This document shows, in pieces, positions 56,201 to 64,000 of a stretch of DNA of 64,000 bases. Below the pieces are notes generated by a model that saw only the letters and a program-made list of their open reading frames with translations, was not told the origin of the DNA and searched no databases. Source of the stretch: an uncultured virus (IMG/VR IMGVR_UViG_3300022552_000007) (Duplodnaviria > Heunggongvirae > Uroviricota > Caudoviricetes). The translations under genes were made by a program, and so were the position numbers. Numbering within the stretch: the first letter of the stretch is position 1; each line of letters starts with the position of its first letter. The stretch is from IMG/VR virus record IMGVR_UViG_3300022552_000007; one strand, written 5' to 3'.

Positions 56201-57290
56201 GCAGAAGGAATTGCGTTACCTGGGCGTGGAAGGTATCGAAAAGGAATTGATGGAAATCGAAGACCGATACCAGGAATTGCGCAACATGCCGCGGGCAGAC
56301 AAAGGTTTAATAGATGAGTGGAAAAGCAAGAAAGTGGTTCAGGCTTGGATCGAAGAAGGCAAGCAGCTAAAGGATCTGGACCCGCTACTCCAGAAACACA
56401 AGGGGATGTTGGAAGCGGAGCGTCGGGCACAGGAGCTTCTTGGGGAAGCTGCGGAACAGGCTCGTTGGAAGGAAATTCAGGCATTGGCGAATGTCGGCGA
56501 TGCTTACAAGGAATTCCGCGCCGCTTCTACCGATGAAGAAAAGCAGCGAATCGCAGAAATGATTTACGCGAGCAAAAAGTGGCAGGATGCCTATCGACTG
56601 TCGTTGGATGATTACGCAGCGCACGCAGCAAAGGTTGGCGGGCAGGTGTACGATGTGATGACAGATGCCCTGTACAAGACGGAAGATGCCTTGATGGAAT
56701 TCTGTATGACGGGCAAGGCGAGCTTTGCCGACCTCGCCAATTCTATCATAGAAGACATCATGCGGATCTACGTCCGTTCGCAGATCCTTGGTCCGATTGC
56801 GGAAGGTATTGGTCAGGGCGATTGGTTGACGAAAGCAGTTGGTTTTGTGGGCGGCATTTTATCCGGCGGTAGCGGTTTCGCAGGTCCGACACATATCGGG
56901 GCGGGAGGAACTACGGCCTTTAATATGGCCAAAGGCGGTTTCCTGCCCAACGATACCAGTCATGTAAATAAGGTGCTCACCAAGCCTACCTTTATTCCCT
57001 TTGCCGCAGGGGGCGTGCTTGCGGGCGAAGCAGGCAAGGAAGCCGTCATGCCGCTTACTCGCACCAGCTCGGGCAATTTGGGAGTGGAAGCTATTGGTCT
57101 GAAAAGGGGTCAAGGTGTTACGGTCAACATTCACGAAGCTCCCGGCACTCGCGCCAATGTGCAAACTAGTGATGACGGGATGAGCGTGGATGTGTTCATT
57201 GAACAGATTGAAAACACTATTTCCGGTCGGATTTCTCGGGGGACCGGGCTTGGTTCTTTCCTTGACAGCCGATATCGTAGGAGGATGTGA
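53229..57290 (+). CDS. Tape measure protein
   Basis: 1353 aa, helical Ala/Lys-rich, C-terminal FAAGG..GEAGKEAVMPL. Confidence 0.92.
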   Translation: MTITIGELVAILRLDPSEFTKGQRKLVRGAENAAKNIEQSYENLGIQSSKHLDLMREKARRSYERIAKHAESTFHDIVRAKQAMVAQLNKIDQAQFGKQITEAEKLAAAYKSLGLRSPAEIGASRKQVLEGYRRAAKAAKYNTQEILRLEQAKNKALEKLDKEQYGKRVSNQQRIAAAAKKSAEEVAAAFKRLGVTSSSQFDAMRKKADADFARIATSAKATQADISNAWAARAAIMSRIDEQQYGKQISKAQMAAQQMAGAYKTLGIRSSAEIQKQRQQIIASYDHIAAAAKKGSKTAAADVVRAEKAKTAALKRLHAEQYASQRSVFSKIKTGAAMVLGHAVTQFTLLAMAVHRILSSIGRAIINTFKTSFKAMADYEIAVASLAAMVVTFTKKPAGKTQAEYWKDAMRYAEGMIPILENIAAKTLMTGEQVTALANAFARVGVFLDPGNTRQMAAFTAVANALPILTRGQEIMKQINTEIRALTQGTNMATSMLLTTLHALDPLIKKHIIKWREENTVLEHIGEMLSGFIPASKLLAEQWQAIKNALITVWKQTLRGGMLGAYKEIIAIVKKLTEWIKVHRDQISQGLATAWAVVLETIKLVGNALRPWGPLIKEVAHELQFVASLYVRIAGLINDAAARQKGIIWHTIQWVQYLKAAYMWLGYVATFDFKNARKAVDEMQARFDAIFNDIAGAYKENPIEEVVDTIESSAKRTSKLMKILEMDTSKAFQKIGEGALGVRDSLSKAAEALDFTLPSITAFQAEETAHLFEKAVEDAEKLVNASTIKLNTLQKAWVSGNREALMAILRGMNEDATWTASEMDEVYRSTVEMLKYIIDSTTGDLERLRKEYEKTMKKLREESAVGQAFKLLGFKTSAGKQSEEKEIRDAYKIVVTNIEKELVRARAELAQFERAGVPAPGVVSAAVLADLEQKKKAYREKIQGLETDLKAAGKRMQEAIDKIYGVGSRRRGGKSQFQTDLENWKKTAEELQKELRYLGVEGIEKELMEIEDRYQELRNMPRADKGLIDEWKSKKVVQAWIEEGKQLKDLDPLLQKHKGMLEAERRAQELLGEAAEQARWKEIQALANVGDAYKEFRAASTDEEKQRIAEMIYASKKWQDAYRLSLDDYAAHAAKVGGQVYDVMTDALYKTEDALMEFCMTGKASFADLANSIIEDIMRIYVRSQILGPIAEGIGQGDWLTKAVGFVGGILSGGSGFAGPTHIGAGGTTAFNMAKGGFLPNDTSHVNKVLTKPTFIPFAAGGVLAGEAGKEAVMPLTRTSSGNLGVEAIGLKRGQGVTVNIHEAPGTRANVQTSDDGMSVDVFIEQIENTISGRISRGTGLGSFLDSRYRRRM

Positions 57291-57640
57291 TGGCTGCTGT
57301 AGCATGGCCAGAAACATTGCCAGCGCCACTACATGAACATTCTCAGGAATACGTCAATGGACTTGCAAATCCAGATGAAGTGCTATGGCCGCAAAGGGTG
57401 CGTCGCATCCCGGATTTGAAAGATTCTCTTAGGTGGGTATTCACTCAAGAGCAGATGGAATCGTTTCGGGATTTTTTCTACACCGATTTGAATGCGGGCT
57501 GTGCCTGGTTTTCGGCTGATTGGGTGTCTTTGCTTTTTGATGACGCGGATTATGTGCGGTTTGACGGGGTTTATTCCAGTCAGTTGATAGGCGATGGCTT
57601 GTGGTCGGTGTCTGGTGCGGTGGAGGTCATGCGGATATGA
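57290..57640 (+). CDS. Distal/minor tail protein-like (copy 1)
   Basis: WPETLPAP...F..F...L..G..WF; follows tape measure. Confidence 0.6.
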   Translation: MAAVAWPETLPAPLHEHSQEYVNGLANPDEVLWPQRVRRIPDLKDSLRWVFTQEQMESFRDFFYTDLNAGCAWFSADWVSLLFDDADYVRFDGVYSSQLIGDGLWSVSGAVEVMRI

Positions 57641-58023
57641 CGTTAACTTCCTGGCCAAGTGGGGTGTCTGCGCCAAGCGTGGGCGATTTGCGGATTATTC
57701 CCACAGAATCTGTCAAGATCCGCAGGTTGGAAAGTGGCCGAGTGGAGGTTCGTCGGTTTGGTTCAGGAGCACCTTACCGTTTCGAGGGCAGCATTGAGAT
57801 GAGTCAGACAGAATATGAGACATTTTGTCAATGGTACGAAGGCGACCATGAGCTCGGCACAGTGTGGAGCGAAGCGGATTGGCTATCTACCATTGGATTT
57901 TCTTCCGATACTTATGTTGTTCGTGTTATTGTGCTACCAAAGGCAGCTCGGCACAACGGGCACCGGGCAACGGTTTCTTTCAACTTACTAGTGCAAGATA
58001 GGGCAAAGGTAAGTGAAGCGTGA
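57637..58023 (+). CDS. Distal/minor tail protein-like (copy 2)
   Basis: WPSGVSAP...ESGRVEVRRFGSG. Confidence 0.6.
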   Translation: MTLTSWPSGVSAPSVGDLRIIPTESVKIRRLESGRVEVRRFGSGAPYRFEGSIEMSQTEYETFCQWYEGDHELGTVWSEADWLSTIGFSSDTYVVRVIVLPKAARHNGHRATVSFNLLVQDRAKVSEA

Positions 58024-59327
58024 CGCGGCTCGTATATTTACCGACATCTGTAAGTTGGCCGGAGGGGGTTCCGCCCCCACTACGGTGGAAGGTTGGCACG
58101 TCTCCGCTGCCCACGGTAAAATCACGAAGAACAGAAAGTGGAAGAACCGAAGTTCGTCGGTTTGGTTCAGGGGAACCAGACAAATTGGAGGCCGTGTGGC
58201 TACTGACCGCAAGCGAGTACCAAATTTTCCGTCGTTTCTACGAAGGTCCGCCTTGGTACGCAGAAGACGGCGTGCGGCTGGATTGTCAATTAGGCACCGT
58301 GTGGATAACGGCGGATTGGCTTTGGGAACTCGGTTATTACCATCACGAGATCCGTTTTTGGAGTTCCCCCCGAGTCCGGCGCTTTGGCGCAGCGGTGGAA
58401 GTTACCGCGACCATGTTAATTCAGCACGAGGATCGCATTATGCGGGAATGGCCACTATGGGAATGGACTTGTTTTCCAATGGCGGCCCGCGTCACCCATT
58501 TTTACTCCGAGCAGTTGATTCACGGACTTTCGACGGCACGGGTAACGGATTTATACAGCGAGCAGTTGATTCACGGACTTGCGAAGGTTCGGGTAACCCA
58601 TTTCTACAGCGAAGTCCTTTACCTTCCGAAGGCAAAGCCGCGGGTAACCCATTTCTACAGCGAAGTCCTTTACCTTCCGAAGGCAAAGCCGCGGGTAACC
58701 CATTTCTACAGCGAAGTCCTTCGGGAAGGTGGCGCTGTTGCCAGGACCACCCGTTTTTACGCAGAAGTGCTTTTCAGTATTCCGTGGGGCGGAGGCCCCG
58801 GCAGCGAAGGAGGAATGTTTGATGGTATTTGCAGGGTTGCTTCCAGAGGGGTTTCTTTACTGGATGGCCGGGCGCATATCCTTCCGAATCAGTTCGATGG
58901 TAAGGCGGTGGTTAAGGATGTTGCTACCGATCAGTTTGACGGCAAGGCAACTTTGGGCACTCCTGTCGTGGAACAGTTCGATGGTCAGGTGTTGGTTGAG
59001 CAAGCTCCTGTTAATACCTTTGATGGCAAGGCCGTGGTGGTGTTGCCTGTTTACGCTCGCATTACTCAACAGTACGCGGAGGTGGCCGGAAAAGATTTGT
59101 CAGACGAAGCTCGTGTCACTCAACAGTACGCGGAGGTGGCCGGAAAAGATTTGTCAGACGAAGCTCGTGTCACTCAACAGTACGCGGAGGTGGCCTGGCG
59201 GCCGCCTTTAAACAGGTTTGATGGAAAAGTTCGCATTAAAGATGAAAATACAATTTCCTTTGATGGAGAAGTTCATATTAAGGATGAAAACACAGCTTCA
59301 TTTGATGGAAAGGCCGTTGTTGAATAG
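58020..59327 (+). CDS. Tail protein: minor-tail-like domain plus three repeat types including FDG
   Basis: WPEGVPPP...ESGRTEVRRFGSG; RVTHFYSE, RVTQQYAEV and FDG repeats. Confidence 0.65.
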   Translation: MTRLVYLPTSVSWPEGVPPPLRWKVGTSPLPTVKSRRTESGRTEVRRFGSGEPDKLEAVWLLTASEYQIFRRFYEGPPWYAEDGVRLDCQLGTVWITADWLWELGYYHHEIRFWSSPRVRRFGAAVEVTATMLIQHEDRIMREWPLWEWTCFPMAARVTHFYSEQLIHGLSTARVTDLYSEQLIHGLAKVRVTHFYSEVLYLPKAKPRVTHFYSEVLYLPKAKPRVTHFYSEVLREGGAVARTTRFYAEVLFSIPWGGGPGSEGGMFDGICRVASRGVSLLDGRAHILPNQFDGKAVVKDVATDQFDGKATLGTPVVEQFDGQVLVEQAPVNTFDGKAVVVLPVYARITQQYAEVAGKDLSDEARVTQQYAEVAGKDLSDEARVTQQYAEVAWRPPLNRFDGKVRIKDENTISFDGEVHIKDENTASFDGKAVVE

Positions 59328-59336
59328 TAAGGGGGG

Positions 59337-60386
59337 TTGGTTATGGCGATACATCTTATGACAGGATTTGAGGGATGTAATAGTGTAGGAGAATGCTATG
59401 CGATTTTAAATGCCTATGCGCTTTATCTAAGTCATGGAAGCAGTAATTTTGAACCGACCGGTGGGTTCAATTCGTCCCGAGGATTGCGGCTAAATGTGGA
59501 TGATAGCATTGTTGACAACAGAGGAGTTCGTTTACTATGCATTTTGCCAACTGCGCTTGTTGGAAAAACAGTGGCTGCCGGTTGTTATTTTAAGGCGTCT
59601 GTTTTGGGGTATAAGTTGGACAATTACGGATCAGGAACAATTCTCGGCTTTCATGGCCCTGATATTAAAATTATGAGTACTTCTATAGGAGGATTGAAAA
59701 TTTTTCGTGGGTCAACAGAACTGAAGGAAATCGCCGCTGGCCTTGTTGCAAATCAATGGTTCCATATTGAAGTGTGCTTATTTTCAGATGCTTCAGCGGG
59801 CACTATTGTAATAAAAGTAAACGGACATGAAATATGTAATGAATCTGGCTTGAATACAGACGGCCAAGATATCACAGGCATTCGATTGAGCTCACCATAC
59901 ACAAAGCATGGCAATTCGTATTATGATAACATCTACTTTGCAGATGAACTCCAGGGAATGCTCCAAATGTCTTTAGCTCGCCCAAACGGTGACTATGACG
60001 CGGACGATTTTACTTGTTCATCAGGGACAGATCGTTATGCTTTGATTGATGAGGATTATGACGGCGACGCTTCTTATATTGAAAGCGACACAGTTGGGCA
60101 TCAAGCTATTTTTGATTATGAGGATTACGCGGCAGGTGGTACTGTTGTTGCTGTTCAAGTGAATACCATAGCAAAACAGACAGATTCAGGCAGATCTATC
60201 AAGCATGTTTTTGTTCAAGATTCATCAGTGTATGATGGAGATGAATTTGCTCTTGGATTAGATTATCCTGGGCAAGGTGCGTTGATTCCACCATATTTTG
60301 AAGTGTTGAACACTCTTCCAGACGGTTCTGCTTGGACAACGTCTGGTTTTAACGATCTTAAAATCGGAGTTGAAGTGAGCGCGTAA
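59337..60386 (+). CDS. Putative tail/receptor-binding protein (lectin/LamG-like)
   Basis: GFEG, WFHIEV, YDNIYF; beta-rich. Confidence 0.55.
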   Translation: MVMAIHLMTGFEGCNSVGECYAILNAYALYLSHGSSNFEPTGGFNSSRGLRLNVDDSIVDNRGVRLLCILPTALVGKTVAAGCYFKASVLGYKLDNYGSGTILGFHGPDIKIMSTSIGGLKIFRGSTELKEIAAGLVANQWFHIEVCLFSDASAGTIVIKVNGHEICNESGLNTDGQDITGIRLSSPYTKHGNSYYDNIYFADELQGMLQMSLARPNGDYDADDFTCSSGTDRYALIDEDYDGDASYIESDTVGHQAIFDYEDYAAGGTVVAVQVNTIAKQTDSGRSIKHVFVQDSSVYDGDEFALGLDYPGQGALIPPYFEVLNTLPDGSAWTTSGFNDLKIGVEVSA

Positions 60387-60398
60387 GGAGAAGCAGTC

Positions 60399-61613
60399 AT
60401 GGCCAACATAGAATTTTTTACCGGTTTTGATGGGATGGGCACCACTGCCGATATGTATGCTTTTTTCGAAAATAGAGGCACAATAGATAATACGTATAAT
60501 GCTTTTCTTGATACCACCAATGGCTATAACGATTCTCATTGTTTACAATTGAAAGCAACTCTTACAAGAGATGCGCCTTGGATAGAAAAAGAAGTCATTG
60601 CAGGAAAAGTGAAGACCATAGGATTTCATTGTAAAATACCCGATAGCAATATCTATGCTTCGACGTTGGTCACGATCCGTTTTTCCTCTGGACGGAATTA
60701 CTACGTGAAGGCGCCCGCTGGTGGGGAAGGCATTAGTATTTATGAACACAGTACAAAGCTCGCGGATAGTGGCGGAATCGGCGTTCCTGGCACTCTTAGC
60801 CATCTTGAAATAAAAATGCATAGCGATTCAGTAAATGGGTATTTCGGTGTGAAGTTAAACGGGATTTTGATCATTGATTATTACGGCCCAACTAACGGTT
60901 CCGATGTTATTGCGTTTCGTCTTCACGGATTGAATTGCGTGGATCTTAAAGTGTATAACAGTTATTTCGACAATCTTTTCATTGCTGATGATTGGGTTGG
61001 AGAATGCCGGGCCGTTGTAAAGCGCCCTTCACAGGATATTATTTCCGAGTTTGAACCGAGTAATGTAAGCGCATTCAATTATACAATGGTGAATGATGCG
61101 GGCGGGCACGACGCTGATGAGACTTACAATGAGACAGAAGACAGCGCCATTGATCTTTTTGAATTCGAAGATTTCGATCAGGATGTGTCCATTAAGGCCG
61201 TAAGTCTTGTGGGTGTCGCCAGAAAAACAGATGTGAGCGAATACCCGGTTATGTTTCGGTTTTTGGCACATGACGGCGATGTTTCTTGGGATTCTTCCGG
61301 CGCTGTTGATTCTTCCGGTTCCGGCGACTCTTCATTATCTTCTGAGGAATATAATGAATTGATCGAAGAAATGTATTACGGCAATGAATACGCGCTTGAT
61401 ACGGTGTACCCGCAGGCACTTAATTCTGGCTATTTTCAATGTTTTTCACAAACCCCCAACGGAGAAGAATGGACAAAAGAGGTTTTTGAAAACTATCTAT
61501 GGGGTTATTGGGGTCGGGTACCGGTGCTTTCCACCACCAATTTTGACGGCAAGGTGAAACTTATCCGGGATCTGAATTTCGACGGCAAAGCAGAGGTGAC
61601 AGATGGAACTTAA
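60399..61613 (+). CDS. Paralog of the preceding gene with two C-terminal FDG repeats
   Basis: GFDG, HLEI, FDNLFIAD; NFDGKVK/NFDGKAE. Confidence 0.55.
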   Translation: MANIEFFTGFDGMGTTADMYAFFENRGTIDNTYNAFLDTTNGYNDSHCLQLKATLTRDAPWIEKEVIAGKVKTIGFHCKIPDSNIYASTLVTIRFSSGRNYYVKAPAGGEGISIYEHSTKLADSGGIGVPGTLSHLEIKMHSDSVNGYFGVKLNGILIIDYYGPTNGSDVIAFRLHGLNCVDLKVYNSYFDNLFIADDWVGECRAVVKRPSQDIISEFEPSNVSAFNYTMVNDAGGHDADETYNETEDSAIDLFEFEDFDQDVSIKAVSLVGVARKTDVSEYPVMFRFLAHDGDVSWDSSGAVDSSGSGDSSLSSEEYNELIEEMYYGNEYALDTVYPQALNSGYFQCFSQTPNGEEWTKEVFENYLWGYWGRVPVLSTTNFDGKVKLIRDLNFDGKAEVTDGT

Positions 61614-62082
61614 TGATGCCATAAAACAAGCATACGAGTTCGCCCCTGCGGACGAAATCTACTACGATACACTTCAGTTAGATAATGACTGTTTCACGGA
61701 ACCAATCAAGGTAGTGGACAGTTACGAGGAGTTGGTGACGAACCAAGGAACTTTTCTCCCGGTAAGATTTAGTTTCAAGCTTCCCGAAGTGGGCAGTGGC
61801 ATCCGCGGCCAAATGACCATTACCGTGATGGGAGTGCCTTTGTCTGCGAGAAATATCATTCGGGTGGCGGCTAGCCAGACATACGTGACTACGGTGACCT
61901 ACCGTCAATATCTCAAAGGCGACATGGACCCCAGTGCGTATTTTCCAGTGCCGTTGTCGGTGCAAAAAATTGTTGAGAATTATGATGGAATAGAATTCAC
62001 GGCAGTCGTGCCGGATCTGACAGCGCTGTATTTCCCCCGTCGTCTGATGGATACCACCAATTTACCAGGGGCGCGATTCTAA
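61603..62082 (+). CDS. DUF1833-like minor tail protein
   Basis: YYDTLQL, F.FKLP, VTYRQYL, FP....T..PG. Confidence 0.75.
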   Translation: MELNDAIKQAYEFAPADEIYYDTLQLDNDCFTEPIKVVDSYEELVTNQGTFLPVRFSFKLPEVGSGIRGQMTITVMGVPLSARNIIRVAASQTYVTTVTYRQYLKGDMDPSAYFPVPLSVQKIVENYDGIEFTAVVPDLTALYFPRRLMDTTNLPGARF

Positions 62083-62492
62083 TGGAACACTGGTCTGACA
62101 AATACATTGGGCTGCCTTGGACGGAGGAACAAGACTGCTTTTTCCTAGTGAAAGAGGTCCAGGAAAAGGAATTCGGAAGAGATATTTTCGTGGATATCCC
62201 GCATTTTCAGACGCACAAGAATCCCGCCCTGTCCATTGCCAAGCTGTTGACAAATGAACAATTTGTCAAAAAGCTGAAGACTGTACACTGGTATGAAGTG
62301 GATAAAGCATCTGATGGAGACATCCTATTTCTATCCCAACGGACGGTCCCGCATCATGTTGGAGTGGCGGCTTTCGTGGGCCATCAAATGGAAGTGCTGC
62401 ATTCTTTGGATGGAATTGGTGTTTTGCGAAGTACAATGCTGTCTTTGCGTGCCAACGCCTGGAAGGTAGCTAGGATTGTGACATGGAGATAA
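62082..62492 (+). CDS. NlpC/P60 tail assembly protein
   Basis: YIGLPW...DC, HVG, LHS. Confidence 0.8.
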   Translation: MEHWSDKYIGLPWTEEQDCFFLVKEVQEKEFGRDIFVDIPHFQTHKNPALSIAKLLTNEQFVKKLKTVHWYEVDKASDGDILFLSQRTVPHHVGVAAFVGHQMEVLHSLDGIGVLRSTMLSLRANAWKVARIVTWR

Positions 62493-64000
62493 AACACTGC
62501 TGGAATCCAATAACGCTGTCTGATGGGGATTGTAAAGCATATAATATTCCGGATCGCACCACTCCCAATCAGATCATTCAGGAATGCGGTCTAACTTTTC
62601 GGCGGCCGTTCATTTTGATTGTCAATGGCGAAGCAATTGATCGCAACGAGTGGGATGTCTTCTTCATTTATGAGGAAGACACGGTTCATTTTGTTGAATT
62701 GCCTGGGTTTGGTGGCGGTGGTGGTGGCAGTAACCCATTGCGAGCGCTCGCTTTCGTTGGATTGATGCTCCTTGCCCCAATGGTGGCGCCTTTGCTAGGT
62801 GCGACAAGTCCTTTCTGGTCTGCCGTAATTACTGGATTGGTGACTATCGGCGGTTCCATGCTGATCAATGCCCTGCTACCGCCGACGTCTCCGACGGGGC
62901 CATCGTTGCCGGAGGTTGACCAGCCTTATTATCTACAATCATCCAATCAATTACGCCTGGGATCGCCTTTTGTTGAGCATTTTGGACGTATTCGTCTTTT
63001 TCCAGATCTTGTTCAGGGGAGCTATACGCAGTATGAACCGATTGGAGTGGTGGGGCCGCAGGACCGGGTCATGCAGCATCTATATTTTCTTGGTGTGATT
63101 GGTGTCGGAGAATATGATATCGAGGATGTTTGTATAGACAAGACCCCCATTGATGATTTTGCGGGTTCTTCATATGCGATCATTGAGCCGGGCGTCATTC
63201 CCAGTATTGTATCCTACGTTGTTTATACAACGACTGCAATCAGTGGACAAGAAGTGCCTGACGAAGATCCGCTTGTGGCGATTGTTAACCCGGCAGGAAC
63301 CTCTATTTGGAAGATTTCTTTAGATATCACGTGGCCGGGCGGTTTTTACTACATGGGAGATGAAGGAGATCTTGGCCGGGCGGGGATGAGAATTTATGCT
63401 TCCATAAGGACTGTCGGCAACGATGGGACTCCCATTTCTTCTTGGTCGCAGGTGGTAAACAAACTTTGCTATGGCAGTTACCCGGAACCTACTGCGGTGA
63501 CTATTGAGTTTTTGACTCCTGACCCCACTGCGCGGTACGAGATTCGCGTTTGGCGGTCAGAAAAAAACTTTGACCGCCATGTTTGCTATACCTGTTATGC
63601 TGGCGATATTCGAGCTTTTGGTCCTTCGCAAGGAAGTTACGGCGACGTGACTTTGCTGGAAGCTCGACTGCGTGCTAGCAAACAACTCACTGGCCAAGTC
63701 ACGAACAAGATAAATGTAATCGCCACGAGAAAGCTTTATCAAGTAGAAAGTTCGGGTTTTGGATCTGTGAAAATTCCCACTCGTTCGCCCGTGGACGCTG
63801 CTGCGTATGTAGTAACATGCGATAATGGAGGCCGACAACCGGATACTGTGGTGGATTGGGAAGCAATGGTTGAATTAAGGAATACGCTGGAATCTGCTGG
63901 TTACTACTTTGACCACCGCTTTCAGCAGCGTGTTTCTGTGATGGAAGCAATTTCCACAATTGCGTTGGTGGGAAGGGCCTTTCCCTATATGCCGGGCGGG
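62483..64000 (+). CDS. Tail tip / host-specificity protein (lambda I+J-like), runs off the right edge
   Basis: Manual translation MEIKHCWNP...NQLRLGSPFVEHFGRIRLFPDL...; absent from the ORF track, consistent with no stop in the window. Confidence 0.8.
   Translation, partial: MEIKHCWNPITLSDGDCKAYNIPDRTTPNQIIQECGLTFRRPFILIVNGEAIDRNEWDVFFIYEEDTVHFVELPGFGGGGGGSNPLRALAFVGLMLLAPMVAPLLGATSPFWSAVITGLVTIGGSMLINALLPPTSPTGPSLPEVDQPYYLQSSNQLRLGSPFVEHFGRIRLFPDLVQGSYTQYEPIGVVGPQDRVMQHLYFLGVIGVGEYDIEDVCIDKTPIDDFAGSSYAIIEPGVIPSIVSYVVYTTTAISGQEVPDEDPLVAIVNPAGTSIWKISLDITWPGGFYYMGDEGDLGRAGMRIYASIRTVGNDGTPISSWSQVVNKLCYGSYPEPTAVTIEFLTPDPTARYEIRVWRSEKNFDRHVCYTCYAGDIRAFGPSQGSYGDVTLLEARLRASKQLTGQVTNKINVIATRKLYQVESSGFGSVKIPTRSPVDAAAYVVTCDNGGRQPDTVVDWEAMVELRNTLESAGYYFDHRFQQRVSVMEAISTIALVGRAFPYMPGG

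Noticed and set aside
58590..59195. Diversity-generating retroelement TR/VR pair
   Set aside because: Duplications are tandem and essentially exact, not adenine-specific, and no reverse transcriptase is in the window.

Overview
A 64-kb segment of a tailed dsDNA bacteriophage with siphovirus-type tail genes. No integrase, host housekeeping genes, rRNA or CRISPR array was seen. The left arm (1-28.1 kb, mostly minus strand) holds early, replication and recombination genes: MT-A70 methyltransferase, MazG-like protein, half of a Rad50/SbcC, Holliday junction resolvase, 5'-3' exonuclease, RecA, SSB, UvsY-like protein, UDG-fused family A polymerase, helicase, primase, DUF932, a DUF1874/AcrIII-1-like ring nuclease, a sigma-like factor, SNF2 helicase and an amidoligase plus class II amidotransferase. 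The right arm (28.9-64 kb, plus strand) holds morphogenesis genes from TerL, portal and capsid to tape measure and tail tip. The most striking feature is a Ro60/TROVE gene directly preceded by a tandem array of three Y-RNA-like ncRNAs. One is a YrlA-type permuted tRNA mimic; the other two are minimal RNAs sharing the same Ro-binding stem with compensatory changes. Second, a ~14-kb insert between capsid and neck genes encodes sugar-modification enzymes (heptose kinase, transketolase, glycosyl-, methyl- and sulfotransferases), a ~40x 14-aa FDG-repeat protein and the lysis genes. Further oddities are a TerS separated from TerL by an oppositely oriented early block, a direct-repeat-flanked methyltransferase cassette and two candidate -1 frameshifts. 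All calls come from reading motifs by eye; no searches were run.
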